Of a stretch of 64,000 nt of DNA, positions 47,436 to 58,546 are shown one piece after another. The position numbers and the translations under genes were made by a program. Within the stretch, counting starts at the first letter, position 1. Every line of letters starts with the position of its first letter. A model generated the notes under the pieces. The model saw only the letters and a program-made list of their open reading frames with translations. It was not told where the DNA came from and made no database searches. The DNA lies in NCBI GenBank assembly GCA_002706065.1, contig PAJM01000017.1:12722-76721 (forward strand), written 5' to 3'. The stretch is from Methanobacteriota archaeon (GTDB lineage: Archaea > Thermoplasmatota > Poseidoniia > Poseidoniales > Poseidoniaceae).

Positions 47436-48635
47436 TTATGCCATGGGCAGCCGTTTAATGGGCTGTGGGGGACTGTATTCTTCAAATTCCGTGTATGTTG
47501 TGTTGCGTTGGATTGGGACACAGCCAGCGTTTCTCACCAACTTGGATAATTGTTGCCGATCGTGTGTGAGCGGAGTGGTTGAACCTGCCAGATGCATGAT
47601 GGATTCTTGTTGAACTGTACCATCAATGTCATCTGCACCGAATTGGAGTGCGAGTTCAGCCAACTCATCGCCAATGTTCATTCGATATGCTTTGATGTGA
47701 GGTATGCTATCCATCAATATTCTCGAAACCGCAATTACACGCAAAATTTCTTGTCCTGTTGATAATTGTGCCATCGGCAAACGAGTAGAATCTGGTAAAA
47801 ACGGATAGGGGACAAAGCACTGGAATCCGTTCGTTGTTGCTCCCAAGTCCCGAAGTTTGAGGATGTGGTCGACCCGCTGCGATGCTGTTTCAATGGTTCC
47901 AAATAGCATAGTACAATTGCTTGGAAGACCAATTTTGTGCGCAGTGTGATGGATGTCTAAGTATTCCTGGCTGGATTCTTTCCCGTTGCAAATAACGGCT
48001 CGGACATCATCATCAAGAATTTCTGCACCGCCGCCCGGAAGCGATGTGAGACCGGCATCTTTGAGTTGTTGAAGTGTCGATTCAATGCTGAGGTCCGACA
48101 ATTGAGCCAAGTGTTTGACTTCCACTGCAGTTAGTGCTTTAATCGAAAGATGCGGGTGTTCAGCTCGAATCCGTTTGAACAACTCGGCGTAGTGTTGTAC
48201 CGACCAATCAGGATGCAATCCACCAACAGAATGCACTTCAGTGACATACGGCGAGAATTTTGAGAGTTCTTCCAAATACTCTTCAACCGAGAGAGCGTAT
48301 GCATCTTTGGATCTCGGCCCTCGTCGGAACGCACAAAATCTGCAAGCGAGTACGCAGATATTGGTTTGATTAACATGGACATTTGAGTTAAAGTAGGCTC
48401 GATTTCCAAACATTGCTTGTTTGTGTAGGTGTGCAAGCCGCCCGAGTTGGAACAGGTTGGGTTCTGCGAAGAGTTGTAGTCCATCTTCATGACCTAAGCG
48501 TTGGTCTGAGAGAATCTTATCCACGATTGGCTGTAAGGTGCTGGGCCACAGTTCTTGACGAAGACTGTCTTTCAAATCAACTCTCCAATGCGGATTTCGG
48601 TCTGCTAACACGACCGTGGAAACCCACTCAGGCAT
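47436..48635 (-). CDS. MqnC/MqnE-family radical SAM enzyme (cyclic dehypoxanthinyl-futalosine synthase or aminofutalosine synthase)
   Basis: NICVLACRFCAF (CxxxCxxC), GGAEI..; 9-nt gap to mqnA. Confidence 0.8.
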   Translation of the reverse strand: MPEWVSTVVLADRNPHWRVDLKDSLRQELWPSTLQPIVDKILSDQRLGHEDGLQLFAEPNLFQLGRLAHLHKQAMFGNRAYFNSNVHVNQTNICVLACRFCAFRRGPRSKDAYALSVEEYLEELSKFSPYVTEVHSVGGLHPDWSVQHYAELFKRIRAEHPHLSIKALTAVEVKHLAQLSDLSIESTLQQLKDAGLTSLPGGGAEILDDDVRAVICNGKESSQEYLDIHHTAHKIGLPSNCTMLFGTIETASQRVDHILKLRDLGATTNGFQCFVPYPFLPDSTRLPMAQLSTGQEILRVIAVSRILMDSIPHIKAYRMNIGDELAELALQFGADDIDGTVQQESIMHLAGSTTPLTHDRQQLSKLVRNAGCVPIQRNTTYTEFEEYSPPQPIKRLPMA

Positions 48636-48684
48636 ACTTACCCCTCGAGTTCATTCTTCAAGAAGATGTGGATAGGTCCACGAC

Positions 48685-51573
48685 TCAACGTCGTACCCTG
48701 AAAAATCCAGAATTCATCATGAACTTACGGAATTCTTCTACCAATAACACAGTCGATGCCACGGCAACCAACACAATCCAATCAATTCTCTTGAGAGGTG
48801 TCGTGCTAAGCAAGTTTCCAAACTCGATTCCGATGAGAGGTAGAGGTAGCGTTGCAAAATGTACGAACGTGAAGAGAAGGAGTCCAGATGCGAGGATTGC
48901 ATAATTGATGGCTTTATTTGAAAATAGTCCGAGCGAGAAGAGACTCTCTTTTTCCGATCTACAATTCAGTACGTTAAACAATTGAAACACAATAAACACT
49001 GCAAAGGTCATTGTTTGTGCGTCAGCAAATGTCGATTCAGAATAACTCTCCCATGCACTCAACGCAGCTTCATCGCCCTGTAGACAATCCTGTTGTGAAA
49101 ACCCAGCATCAGTATCGTCGGTAAATGGTGCCAAACTGCATTCATTCCCGTACACGCCGCCACCTGCTAAGAAGAAGACCACGAGAGTACCAATGACCAT
49201 GACTGCACCGAGATAAAAGATCAATGCGATATCTCTTGAATTTGGTAGACCTTCGTCAACCGGGCGCGGTGGGCGAGACATGACATTACCATGACGTTTT
49301 TCGACACCCAAAGCAACTGCTGGCGGTCCATCCATGAGGATGTTAATGACCAGAATTTGTGTTGCTGTAAGTGGTAATTCCCAACCAAAGATGAATGTTG
49401 ATATGACGATAAGGGCTACTGCAGCAACGTTCGTGGAGACTTGGTATCGTACGAAATTCCGAATATTTTGGTAGATCTTCCGACCTTCCTCAACCGCATG
49501 AACGATGTTTGCAAAGTTGTCATCCTGCAAAATCATGTCAGCTGCATCCTTGGCCACGTCTGTTCCAGAAATGCCCATGGCAATACCAATGTTCGCTCTG
49601 GACAATGCGGGTGCATCATTGACACCATCACCGGTCATAGCAACGATTTCCCCTTGCTCCTGCAACGACGAAACAATTCTCATTTTCTGATCGGGAGTGA
49701 CTCGAGAGAAAATTGCTTTTTCCACGGACTCTGTTAAATCATCATCGGACATTGTACGCAAATCTGCACCACTGACTGGTTTGTGTTCTGCACCTTTGAT
49801 ATGCAATTCCTTACCAATCGCAGAGGCTGTCATGTGATGATCACCTGTGATCATTTTCACCTTGATTCCCGCATCTTGACAGACCTGTATTGCTTCTTTT
49901 ACTTCGGGACGCGGTGGATCCATGATTCCAACAAGTCCAAGGAAAATCAGATTGTTTTCGATGACCGACATGTTATCGATATCTTCATCATCGTTGAGTT
50001 TCCTTGCAGCGAGTGCAATAACACGCATGGATTGGGAACCCATCTCTTTGTTACGAATTGAGGCATGTTTGAAATCTTCGTCTTGGATTGCAACCAATTC
50101 TCCATCCAGGTAGCGATGACTCGTGATGGGTACAAAACCACCAGCAGCTCCTTTCGAGAACACCCAACGTTCACCTTCATATTCGTGAATAACAGACATG
50201 CGTTTCCGTTCTGTATCAAAGAAAAACTCGTTGATTCGTGGATGACGTTGTGAGAATTTTCGTACATCTCCGTTCAACTTCCACCCAAGTACAGCACATG
50301 CAGAGTCGGTTGGATCTCCAATCGCAGTCCATCGACCATCTTGCTTGATGATTTGAGAGTTGTGACAGAGTGAGAGACAGGTGGCAAGTAACCGAAATGC
50401 GGGATTGGACTGAAGTGATTCCATTTTGCCTTCCTCGAGCTCTTCTCCGTTCTCTAATAAGGTGCCTTTTGGATTGAATCCATCTCCTGTTACGCTGTAG
50501 TATCCATCAACGGTGTGGAGTTGTCGTACTGTCATTTCATTTTTGGTTAGCGTGCCTGTTTTATCAGAACAAATCACTGTGGTTGAACCAAGTGTTTCTA
50601 CAGCCTTCATGCGACGTATAATCGCTTTGTGCCGTGCCATATTACGCATACCTAACGCAAGTGTAATTACCAGAATAATGGGCAATCCCTCTGGAACGAT
50701 TGCGACAAATATTGCAATAGCAGTGATGAATTGTTTAATGGCCACATCTCTCAGTGGGTCAGGCCCACCATAGGCAAGAATCAACTTAATCGATACAAGG
50801 AGTACAGCTACAATCAACGCAATAAATCCAAGGAATCGACCGAGCGACTCAAGTTTGAGCTCGAGTGGGGTTTTCGGTGTTTGCGCTTCTGAGATATCAC
50901 TTGCAATTCGGCCCAATTGGGTTTTCATTCCAGTTTCGACGACAACACCTACTGCACGTCCTGTTGCGACAGTGGTGCCCATGTACAACATGTTCTTGTG
51001 GTCAGCAAGCAATGCGTTTATGTCCAGTGGTTCAAGGTGCTTTGTGATCGGTTCCGATTCACCCGTCAATGCTGATTCATCAACTCGACATTGATACACC
51101 TCAAGCAAACGCAAGTCCGCGGGAACGTTGACACCCTCCTCCAATTTGACAATGTCACCAGGAACAAGTTCTGTTGTGGGGATTTCTGATTCAAAACCAT
51201 CTCGCAATGTAACTGAATTCGAGATACTCATTTGTTTGAGAGCATCCATGGCTTGTTCAGCTTGCCCTTCCTGCCAGAATCCGAAGAATGCGTTAGCAGT
51301 TAAAACCAAAAAGATGAAAATAGCGTCTCCAGGGTGGTCTGGCTTAATCGCTAGCGCTACCAATGCAGCGGTAATCAAGAGATAGTTCAATGGATCATTG
51401 TATTGCGATAAGAATCGTAGGAATGCAGACGTAGGTTCTGGTTGCTCTAATTGATTTGGACCATATTTCTGCATGCGTGTATGTATTTCACTCTGAGTCA
51501 AGCCGTTGGGACTTGCGTCCAAAACCGACAGGACTTTCTCCTTATCCATGGAGTGCCAGTTTTGTTGAACCAT
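48685..51573 (-). CDS. P-type IIA cation-transporting ATPase (SERCA/PMCA-like, probable Ca2+ pump)
   Basis: ICSDKTGTLT phosphorylation site, TGES, MITGDHHMTA, MTGDGVNDAPAL, 10 TM helices. Confidence 0.9.
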   Translation of the reverse strand: MVQQNWHSMDKEKVLSVLDASPNGLTQSEIHTRMQKYGPNQLEQPEPTSAFLRFLSQYNDPLNYLLITAALVALAIKPDHPGDAIFIFLVLTANAFFGFWQEGQAEQAMDALKQMSISNSVTLRDGFESEIPTTELVPGDIVKLEEGVNVPADLRLLEVYQCRVDESALTGESEPITKHLEPLDINALLADHKNMLYMGTTVATGRAVGVVVETGMKTQLGRIASDISEAQTPKTPLELKLESLGRFLGFIALIVAVLLVSIKLILAYGGPDPLRDVAIKQFITAIAIFVAIVPEGLPIILVITLALGMRNMARHKAIIRRMKAVETLGSTTVICSDKTGTLTKNEMTVRQLHTVDGYYSVTGDGFNPKGTLLENGEELEEGKMESLQSNPAFRLLATCLSLCHNSQIIKQDGRWTAIGDPTDSACAVLGWKLNGDVRKFSQRHPRINEFFFDTERKRMSVIHEYEGERWVFSKGAAGGFVPITSHRYLDGELVAIQDEDFKHASIRNKEMGSQSMRVIALAARKLNDDEDIDNMSVIENNLIFLGLVGIMDPPRPEVKEAIQVCQDAGIKVKMITGDHHMTASAIGKELHIKGAEHKPVSGADLRTMSDDDLTESVEKAIFSRVTPDQKMRIVSSLQEQGEIVAMTGDGVNDAPALSRANIGIAMGISGTDVAKDAADMILQDDNFANIVHAVEEGRKIYQNIRNFVRYQVSTNVAAVALIVISTFIFGWELPLTATQILVINILMDGPPAVALGVEKRHGNVMSRPPRPVDEGLPNSRDIALIFYLGAVMVIGTLVVFFLAGGGVYGNECSLAPFTDDTDAGFSQQDCLQGDEAALSAWESYSESTFADAQTMTFAVFIVFQLFNVLNCRSEKESLFSLGLFSNKAINYAILASGLLLFTFVHFATLPLPLIGIEFGNLLSTTPLKRIDWIVLVAVASTVLLVEEFRKFMMNSGFFRVRR

Positions 51574-51585
51574 TAAATCACCCTA

Positions 51586-51600
51586 GTCGTCCAAGACGAC
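51586..51600. other. Perfect hairpin GTCGTC-CAA-GACGAC 13 nt upstream of the P-type ATPase start codon (in its 5' leader on the minus strand)
   Basis: Read directly from the sequence. Confidence 0.3.
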
Positions 51601-51721
51601 CCTTCCACGGCTTCCTGTTTTTCCTATCTTATGATTTTGATGGAGGTAATCCCATGAAAAGAATTCTCAACTTGAACTGACCAATAACAGCCGAATCTTT
51701 CTCAAACCTCTACGATTTGGG

Positions 51722-53797
51722 ATGGGTATGTCCGCTGGAGATGGTCCATACATTCCAGCAGACCAAGAACCCAAAGAACTCACGTTACGTGTCCTGATTG
51801 TAGGGGTCTTGCTCGGCATACTTATGACTGCGGCTAACGCGTATCTTGGATTGTATGCTGGAATGACGGTTTCCGCAAGCATACCAGCAGCAGTAATGTC
51901 CATGCTCATACTGAGAAGTATGTTCAAGGATGTGAGTATCCTTGAGAACAATGCTGTTCAGACAATGGCAAGTGCTGGTGAGTCATTAGCCGCTGGTGTC
52001 ATCTTCACGGTACCGGCAATGCTGGTTATTGGAATATGGATCGATATTGAATGGTTCCCAACGCTATCCATTGCCTTGCTCGGCGGTCTACTTGGAACAA
52101 TGTTCACCATTGCACTTCGAAGATTGTTCATTGTCGAAGAAGCTCTCCCTTATCCTGAGGGTGTAGCCTGTCGAGAAGTTTTGGTGGCTGGTGAAGAGGG
52201 TGGCAGCGGAGCCTTGGCCATTGTGTATGCTCTTGGTATTGGAGCTCTTTACGGGTTGATGGTCAAAGGATTCAAAGTCACGCATCATTCTGCAGAAACA
52301 GCCTTTGAATTCATGAAAACACGGATGTATGCAGGAATTGACCTATCTGTGGCGCTGTTGTCTGTGGGATTCATTGTCGGCATACGTATCGCTTCCTATA
52401 TTTTCTTAGGTGGAATCATTGGTTTCGGTGTTCTCGTCCCGCTCTTTGGTTATTTGAACGGATGGCCAGAATCCGAAACCCTAGCCAAAGGCTTTGACAA
52501 ACTTTGGCTCGAACAAGTACGGTATGTCGGCGTAGGAGCCATGGTTGTCGGAGGAATTTACACCCTATGGAGTATGCGAAAAACGATCATCACCGGTCTA
52601 AAGAAATCCTTCGTCCAAGGTGACTCAGATGCAGAATTCCATTTGCGAACTGAAAAGGATTTGCCTCTTAAATGGGTCACTGTTGTCTGTGGAGTTCTCG
52701 TTGTGCTTACGTTCTTCTTTTATTGGATTGTCACGGGTTCTCTCATTCTATCGCTAGCAGGTGCGCTTTTCCTTGCATTTGTCGCCTTCTTCTTTGCCGC
52801 TGTTGCAGGATACATTGCTGGAGTTGTTGGTTCGAGCAATTCACCTGTATCGGGAATGACAATCGCTACCCTGTTGTTCACTGTTGGCCTGGTTTGGGTT
52901 GTTGGTTCGTTGATTTTGGATCTCTCCCAGACCGAGTTGATGTATGCGACCTTACTCATTGCCGCTGTCGTCGCTAGCAGTGCAGCAATCGCAGGCGATG
53001 TCATGCAGGACCTCAAGACAGGGCATATGGTCGGAGCAACTCCTTGGCGCCAACAAATAGCGGAGATAGTGGGTGTCATTACCGGTGCCTTTGTGATTGG
53101 ACCAACAATTGCTCTGTTGCACAATGCCTTTCAAATTTCATCAACCGCATGCCTTGCTACCAATGAACGATTAACAGCGGCAAATCCGAATGCTGAGTTG
53201 TACGATTGTAGTGATGCATTGTTTGCACCACAAGCTGAACTGATCGGAGCCATCGTGAAGGGTGCTTTTGTTGGAGATATGAATCTTCCAATGGTCTTTC
53301 TTGGCGCAGCGCTTGCGGTGGTGTTGATTCGTCTCTCAATGCCCGTTATGTCCGTAGCCATTGGAATTTACCTGCCATTGAAATTGAGTGTTCCAATCAT
53401 GCTCGGTGGAATTTTATCGTCCCTTGCAATGGGAGCGGCCTACTTGAGAGTGGATGGAACACTCGACGAACCCCCTTCCGAAGATGCAAAGCAAGCAGCA
53501 TCGGATGTAGAAAGCAGAGGCGTATTGATTGGTGCCGGATTTATTGCTGGCGAATCAATCCTTGGCGTACTTATCGCCGTGCTGATTGTGTTGGATAAGG
53601 ATCTCAACAAACTACTAGGCATCCATGAGTTGCCACAATTGGCCTCCTTGCTCTTCTTTGCTTGGTTTGTTGGTGTCTTCATTTGGCTTGCCACACGGGC
53701 GCTTCCGGAAGGCGGAAATTTAGCAAAAGAGATTGCCAAAACGTCCGTTCATTCAATTCGGAAATTTATCCGTTCCCTGTTGCCCCAATCCAAATAA
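51722..53797 (+). CDS. OPT-family oligopeptide transporter
   Basis: ~16 TM helices, OPT-like N-terminus LTLRVLIVGVLLGILMTAANAYLGLYAGMTVSASIPAAV. Confidence 0.85.
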   Translation: MGMSAGDGPYIPADQEPKELTLRVLIVGVLLGILMTAANAYLGLYAGMTVSASIPAAVMSMLILRSMFKDVSILENNAVQTMASAGESLAAGVIFTVPAMLVIGIWIDIEWFPTLSIALLGGLLGTMFTIALRRLFIVEEALPYPEGVACREVLVAGEEGGSGALAIVYALGIGALYGLMVKGFKVTHHSAETAFEFMKTRMYAGIDLSVALLSVGFIVGIRIASYIFLGGIIGFGVLVPLFGYLNGWPESETLAKGFDKLWLEQVRYVGVGAMVVGGIYTLWSMRKTIITGLKKSFVQGDSDAEFHLRTEKDLPLKWVTVVCGVLVVLTFFFYWIVTGSLILSLAGALFLAFVAFFFAAVAGYIAGVVGSSNSPVSGMTIATLLFTVGLVWVVGSLILDLSQTELMYATLLIAAVVASSAAIAGDVMQDLKTGHMVGATPWRQQIAEIVGVITGAFVIGPTIALLHNAFQISSTACLATNERLTAANPNAELYDCSDALFAPQAELIGAIVKGAFVGDMNLPMVFLGAALAVVLIRLSMPVMSVAIGIYLPLKLSVPIMLGGILSSLAMGAAYLRVDGTLDEPPSEDAKQAASDVESRGVLIGAGFIAGESILGVLIAVLIVLDKDLNKLLGIHELPQLASLLFFAWFVGVFIWLATRALPEGGNLAKEIAKTSVHSIRKFIRSLLPQSK

Positions 53798-53838
53798 TTC
53801 AACGGCAATTATGAAAGGCTCAAAGCGATGGCCAATGT

Positions 53839-54675
53839 TTGTTGGTCAGAATGTCTGCATCGATTTCAGAACTTGAAGAACTCGCACGACGTTGTCGAAT
53901 CGAAATTGTCAACATGGTATATCGCGCACAAGCAGGCCATCCAGGTGGTTCACTATCAGAAATTGACCTTATGGCTGCGTTGTATTCGACATCCTTGAGG
54001 GTTCGTCCAGATGAACCTGATTGGCACGACAGAGATCGCTTCATCCTCTCCAAAGGTCATGCATCACCGGGCATGTACGCACTCCTTGCTGAGAAGGGTT
54101 TCATTCAACATTCAGATTTGCACTCATATCGCGTACTTGGAGGGGTATGTCAGGGTCACGTCGACATGAAATGGTGTCCAGGCGTTGATTTTAGTGCTGG
54201 CAGTTTGGGAATGGGTCTCTCATTTGGCATGGGATGTGCTCTTGCTGCCAGACTCGATGGCAGTGATCGACGTGCGTTTGTCATGCTCGGGGATGGTGAG
54301 ATACAAGAAGGGTCAATTTGGGAAGCAGCCATGGCTGCAACTCATCATGAACTCGGAAATTTGAAAGTTATACTCGACAGAAACCGAATCCAAAATGATG
54401 ATTTTTGTCTCGAACAAATGCGAATGTTTGACATTCCCGCAAAATGGAAGGCTTTTGGCTGGAATGTGAAAGAAATCGATGGACACAACATGGAAGAAGT
54501 CGTTGAAGGAATACAATTTCTAGACGAATCAAACGATGGTCCTTCAATATTGATCGCACATACCATCAAAGGGAAAGGTGTTTCTTACATGGAGAACAAT
54601 CCATCCTTCCATGGAGCTGCTCCTAACGAAGAGCAATATGCTCAAGCCATGAAAGAACTCGGGGTGGTTGAATGA
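53839..54675 (+). CDS. Transketolase, N-terminal (TPP-binding) subunit
   Basis: GHPGGSLS, GSLGMGLSFGMGCALA, GDGEIQEGSIWEA. Confidence 0.9.
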   Translation: MLVRMSASISELEELARRCRIEIVNMVYRAQAGHPGGSLSEIDLMAALYSTSLRVRPDEPDWHDRDRFILSKGHASPGMYALLAEKGFIQHSDLHSYRVLGGVCQGHVDMKWCPGVDFSAGSLGMGLSFGMGCALAARLDGSDRRAFVMLGDGEIQEGSIWEAAMAATHHELGNLKVILDRNRIQNDDFCLEQMRMFDIPAKWKAFGWNVKEIDGHNMEEVVEGIQFLDESNDGPSILIAHTIKGKGVSYMENNPSFHGAAPNEEQYAQAMKELGVVE

Positions 54676-55610
54676 GCCGAATGGCAGCGACGCGAGATGG
54701 TTACGGACAGGCTCTGCTTGACCTTGCTGAAAACGACCGAATCGTCGTTCTTGAAGCAGACCTCGGTAAATCAACAAAGTCACTACACTTCCGGAAGGCA
54801 CACCCGGACCGGACTGTCTCTTGTGGCATTGGCGAACAAAACATGCTCCTTGTTGCTGCCGGTATGGCATCGAGCGGATACATTCCTTTTGCGTCAACAT
54901 TTGCAATTTTTACTGAACGAGCATTCGAACAAATGCGCAATGGAGTTGCTCGTCCAAAATTGGCAGTGCATTTGTGCGGATCTCATGGTGGAACCCATAC
55001 TGGAACGGATGGTTCATCTGCTCAATCCATTGAAGATTTAGCAATCTACAGAACCCTTCCAAACGTTACAGTACTGCATCCATGCGATGATGTAAGTACA
55101 CGGTTGTTGACCAAACAACTTGCGTCTTCAACCAATCCCTCTTACATGAGGACCGCCAGAAACAAGACACCAGTTTTGTACGACGACGTTGATGAGAGCA
55201 CCATTCAAATTGGGAAAGGAATTGAACTCCGTAAAGGAAATGATGTTGCCATTATTGCATGTGGAGTCCTCGTTTCTGAAGCACTCAAAGCTGCAGACGT
55301 ATTGAGTCAAGAGGGTGTCGAAGCAACGGTAATTGACATGCACACCATCAAACCTCTCGATGTCAACCTCGTCGACCAGGTTGCTGCACGTTGTGGTGCA
55401 ATCGTGACCGCAGAAGATCACTCTGTAATCGGCGGCCTCGGTGGAGCTGTTGCTGAACATCTATCAGGTTCCTCAAATACTCCACTCGAACGTGTAGGTG
55501 TAAAAGATCGGTTTGGGGAATCAGGGCAAGCAGACGAAATGTTGGAACTCATGGAATTAAGTTCGCCACACATCATAAAGGCTGCACAACGGGCGATTCA
55601 TCGCAAATGA
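54672..55610 (+). CDS. Transketolase, C-terminal (pyrimidine-binding) subunit
   Basis: 4-nt overlap with the N-terminal subunit gene; GSHGGTHTGTDGSSAQSIEDLAIYRTLPN. Confidence 0.9.
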   Translation: MSRMAATRDGYGQALLDLAENDRIVVLEADLGKSTKSLHFRKAHPDRTVSCGIGEQNMLLVAAGMASSGYIPFASTFAIFTERAFEQMRNGVARPKLAVHLCGSHGGTHTGTDGSSAQSIEDLAIYRTLPNVTVLHPCDDVSTRLLTKQLASSTNPSYMRTARNKTPVLYDDVDESTIQIGKGIELRKGNDVAIIACGVLVSEALKAADVLSQEGVEATVIDMHTIKPLDVNLVDQVAARCGAIVTAEDHSVIGGLGGAVAEHLSGSSNTPLERVGVKDRFGESGQADEMLELMELSSPHIIKAAQRAIHRK

Positions 55611-55652
55611 GACGACCATCACATTCATGAAGCGTCAATTGAAGGAACCTCT

Positions 55653-56312
55653 ATGGAGTTCTTCCTTGATACCGCTGATGTTGACGAAATTCGTGAAATT
55701 GCTGCATGGGGAATCCTAGATGGTGTTACAACCAATCCGTCATTGATCAAAAAAAGTGGACGCGATTTCAAAGAAGTCGTTCGCGAAATTGCAGGAATCT
55801 GTTCAGGTCCAATTTCTGCTGAGGTAACAGCAATGGACACAAATGGTATGCTTGAACAAGCACGACAACTGAAATCCGATTTACCCAACAATGTCATTAT
55901 CAAAATTCCGTGTACACCAGAAGGCTTAGCCGCAACAAAAGTTCTCACACAGGAAGGAGTCGATACCAATGTCACCCTCATCTTTTCAGCATCGCAAGCT
56001 TTGATGGCCGCGAAAGCAGGAGCAACCTATGTCTCACCGTTCATTGGGCGAATCGATGACACAGGACATGATGGGATGAATCTGATTGCAGAAATCATGG
56101 AAACGTGGGCACAATACGATATCTCAACAAAAGTCCTCGCTGCGTCAATTCGACATCCCACGCATGTCCTGCAATGTATGCAACTTGGGGCGCATACGGC
56201 CACTATGCCTGCTAAGATTTTCCGCCAACTCATGAAACATCCACTAACGGATAAGGGACTCGAAGGATTCATGAGAGATTGGGCTGAAGTCGAGGCTGCA
56301 GGCAAGGCTTGA
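55653..56312 (+). CDS. Transaldolase (short Fsa/TalC-type)
   Basis: [15 protein letters not shown]...GVTTNPSLI...[10 protein letters not shown]...SPFIGRIDD. Confidence 0.85.
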   Translation: MEFFLDTADVDEIREIAAWGILDGVTTNPSLIKKSGRDFKEVVREIAGICSGPISAEVTAMDTNGMLEQARQLKSDLPNNVIIKIPCTPEGLAATKVLTQEGVDTNVTLIFSASQALMAAKAGATYVSPFIGRIDDTGHDGMNLIAEIMETWAQYDISTKVLAASIRHPTHVLQCMQLGAHTATMPAKIFRQLMKHPLTDKGLEGFMRDWAEVEAAGKA

Positions 56313-56381
56313 TGATTCTACCTTCGCAAAAGGAGGCTTCATCAATGATGGAGCATCAGCCCGTATCATCGAGGGACAACC

Positions 56382-56957
56382 GTGAGTGATATTCAAGAGC
56401 GCCTGCAAAAACTTCTCGATGGGGAGTTGGATGCTGCGGAAGTTGCTGAAGATCCTGCCCTCGCTTCCTTGGCTAATCGCCTTTATGGTATCAAAATCCA
56501 ACCGGTCCAGCCGAAAAAACTGCGTGATTTTGAAGACCCACTTGCAACACCTTCTGCACCTCTCCCTGCAACCGATATGATGATTGAAGTCATTGGTAAT
56601 GTCGCATTAGAACACCCTCCAGCGCCAGCGGCTGAGTTACCATCTATGGCTGCTGTCCCAACCAAAAAAGGGGCAAATGGAGCCAAGTCATTTGGCGCCC
56701 TTAGTTATCTCTCACTTCTTGGTCTCATCACTGTAGTTGTAAACATGTTCGGATTCTTGCATTCTTTGGTTGGATCGATGTGTACGAATGCATGCGAAAA
56801 TGAAGGCCACACGAAAATGAACCTCCTCGATCTATATCGACTCGACTCATTAGACGGTTGGAGTTTGCCAGTAACCGACGGTGTCGTTGGGATTCCTGAC
56901 ATTGTTGCGATTGTTGGATGCATTGCAATGATTTTCCTTCTTCGTAAGAAGTCCTGA
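56382..56957 (+). CDS. Hypothetical two-TM membrane protein
   Basis: ORF track; hydrophobic helices LSYLSLLGLITVVVNMFGFL and IVAIVGCIAMIFLL. Confidence 0.4.
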   Translation: MSDIQERLQKLLDGELDAAEVAEDPALASLANRLYGIKIQPVQPKKLRDFEDPLATPSAPLPATDMMIEVIGNVALEHPPAPAAELPSMAAVPTKKGANGAKSFGALSYLSLLGLITVVVNMFGFLHSLVGSMCTNACENEGHTKMNLLDLYRLDSLDGWSLPVTDGVVGIPDIVAIVGCIAMIFLLRKKS

Positions 56958-57019
56958 AGCTACTCCAAGAGCAGTATTTCCGCCGTCATCTTGATGAGCA
57001 AGTGTCTTGAGGAACTACC

Positions 57020-58546
57020 ATGAGCAAACCAGCCAAAGCCAAGCGAGGTATTCCGAGCAAAGTTGAAGATTTCAACGCCTGGTATCCATTTATTGTAGAG
57101 GCTGCTGACCTTGTTGACAAACGATATCCAATCAAAGGAATGGACGTTTGGCGCCCATACGGCTGGAAAGCGATGAGGCAAATCGATGCACTTACACACA
57201 CTGAGATGGACCGTACAGGACATGAAGAAGTCAATTTTCCACTGCTTATTCCAGAAGATTTGTTGGAAAAAGAAAATGCATTGGTCGCACGATTAAAACG
57301 AGCACGTGAAGAAGGTGTAGATCCAGACGAACTTCGTGATGAGGTTGAAGAAGCTGGATTTAAGAAAGAAGTTTACTGGGTCAAACATGCTGGTGAAAAT
57401 GAACTGGATATACCGATGTTTCTACGACCGACAAGCGAGACTGCAATGTACACAATGTTTCCACTTTGGATTCGTAGTCACAAGGATTTGCCTCTCAAAG
57501 TCTACCAGATGGTGAACACCTTCCGTTATGAAACCAAACAAACGCGTTCCTTTATTCGAGTACGAGAGATTCATTTCTTTGAAGCACATACTGCTCATGC
57601 AAATGAGGACGATGCAACACAACAAATACAGCAAGATTTGGAGATTGTCGACCGGCTAATGCAACAACTTTGCTTGCCGATCATAAAAGCAAAACGACCG
57701 GTTTGGGATACATTCCCGGGAGCCCACTATACCATCGGAATTGATGCTGTGATGCCAAACGGTCGAACCCTCCAAGTTGCAAGTTGTCATCATTATCTTG
57801 ACCAATGGGCAAAAGCCTTCGATATTACATATGAAAATCTGGAGGCAAAACAACAACATGTCCACCAGACAACATACGGTATGTCTGAGCGATTGCTTGG
57901 TGCTGTTGTCGGGATGCATGGGGATGACTCTGGATTGATAATGCCGCCCGCTATTGCCCCGTGGCAGGTCGTCGTATGTCCGATGATTCGCAAGAATTCA
58001 GATGTTGACACAGTTGCTATTTCCCATGATGTCGCTGAAACACTGCGTGCCGCAGGATTACGTGTCCATGTTGATGATCGTGATCTCCATCCAGGTCAGA
58101 AGTACTACGATTGGGAAATTAAGGGTGTCCCTCTCAGATTAGATATCGGTCCACGTGATGTCGAGCAAGGGACGGCCTTCGCTGCAAAACGAACAGGCGG
58201 TAAGCAACCGCTGCCGATGGATTCAATTGTCGATTCTGTTAATGAAGTGCTCGATGAGATTTCCGATGTGCTTCGCTCACGCTCAACCGAACACATGGAA
58301 CACGTCATTCAGCCATTACCAGAATTTACTGAAGAAGATGGACAATGGCACATGAACGGTGATGTGAAAGATGGGCACATTTACGAGCTACCATTCGCAG
58401 GTTCTGATGCGCATGCAGAAGTTATAGAGCGAACTACGGGGCTTACATTCCTTGGCGACTCCACCGATGATTACGCTGAAGAGCGCCCGTGCCATATGAG
58501 CGGTGTACCAACAAAACGAAGGGTACTACTTGCTAAGACTTATTGA
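57020..58546 (+). CDS. proS: Proline--tRNA ligase (archaeal/eukaryotic type)
   Basis: Class II motifs (FRYETKQTRSFIRVREIHFFEAH), C-terminal Zn-binding domain. Confidence 0.9.
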   Translation: MSKPAKAKRGIPSKVEDFNAWYPFIVEAADLVDKRYPIKGMDVWRPYGWKAMRQIDALTHTEMDRTGHEEVNFPLLIPEDLLEKENALVARLKRAREEGVDPDELRDEVEEAGFKKEVYWVKHAGENELDIPMFLRPTSETAMYTMFPLWIRSHKDLPLKVYQMVNTFRYETKQTRSFIRVREIHFFEAHTAHANEDDATQQIQQDLEIVDRLMQQLCLPIIKAKRPVWDTFPGAHYTIGIDAVMPNGRTLQVASCHHYLDQWAKAFDITYENLEAKQQHVHQTTYGMSERLLGAVVGMHGDDSGLIMPPAIAPWQVVVCPMIRKNSDVDTVAISHDVAETLRAAGLRVHVDDRDLHPGQKYYDWEIKGVPLRLDIGPRDVEQGTAFAAKRTGGKQPLPMDSIVDSVNEVLDEISDVLRSRSTEHMEHVIQPLPEFTEEDGQWHMNGDVKDGHIYELPFAGSDAHAEVIERTTGLTFLGDSTDDYAEERPCHMSGVPTKRRVLLAKTY

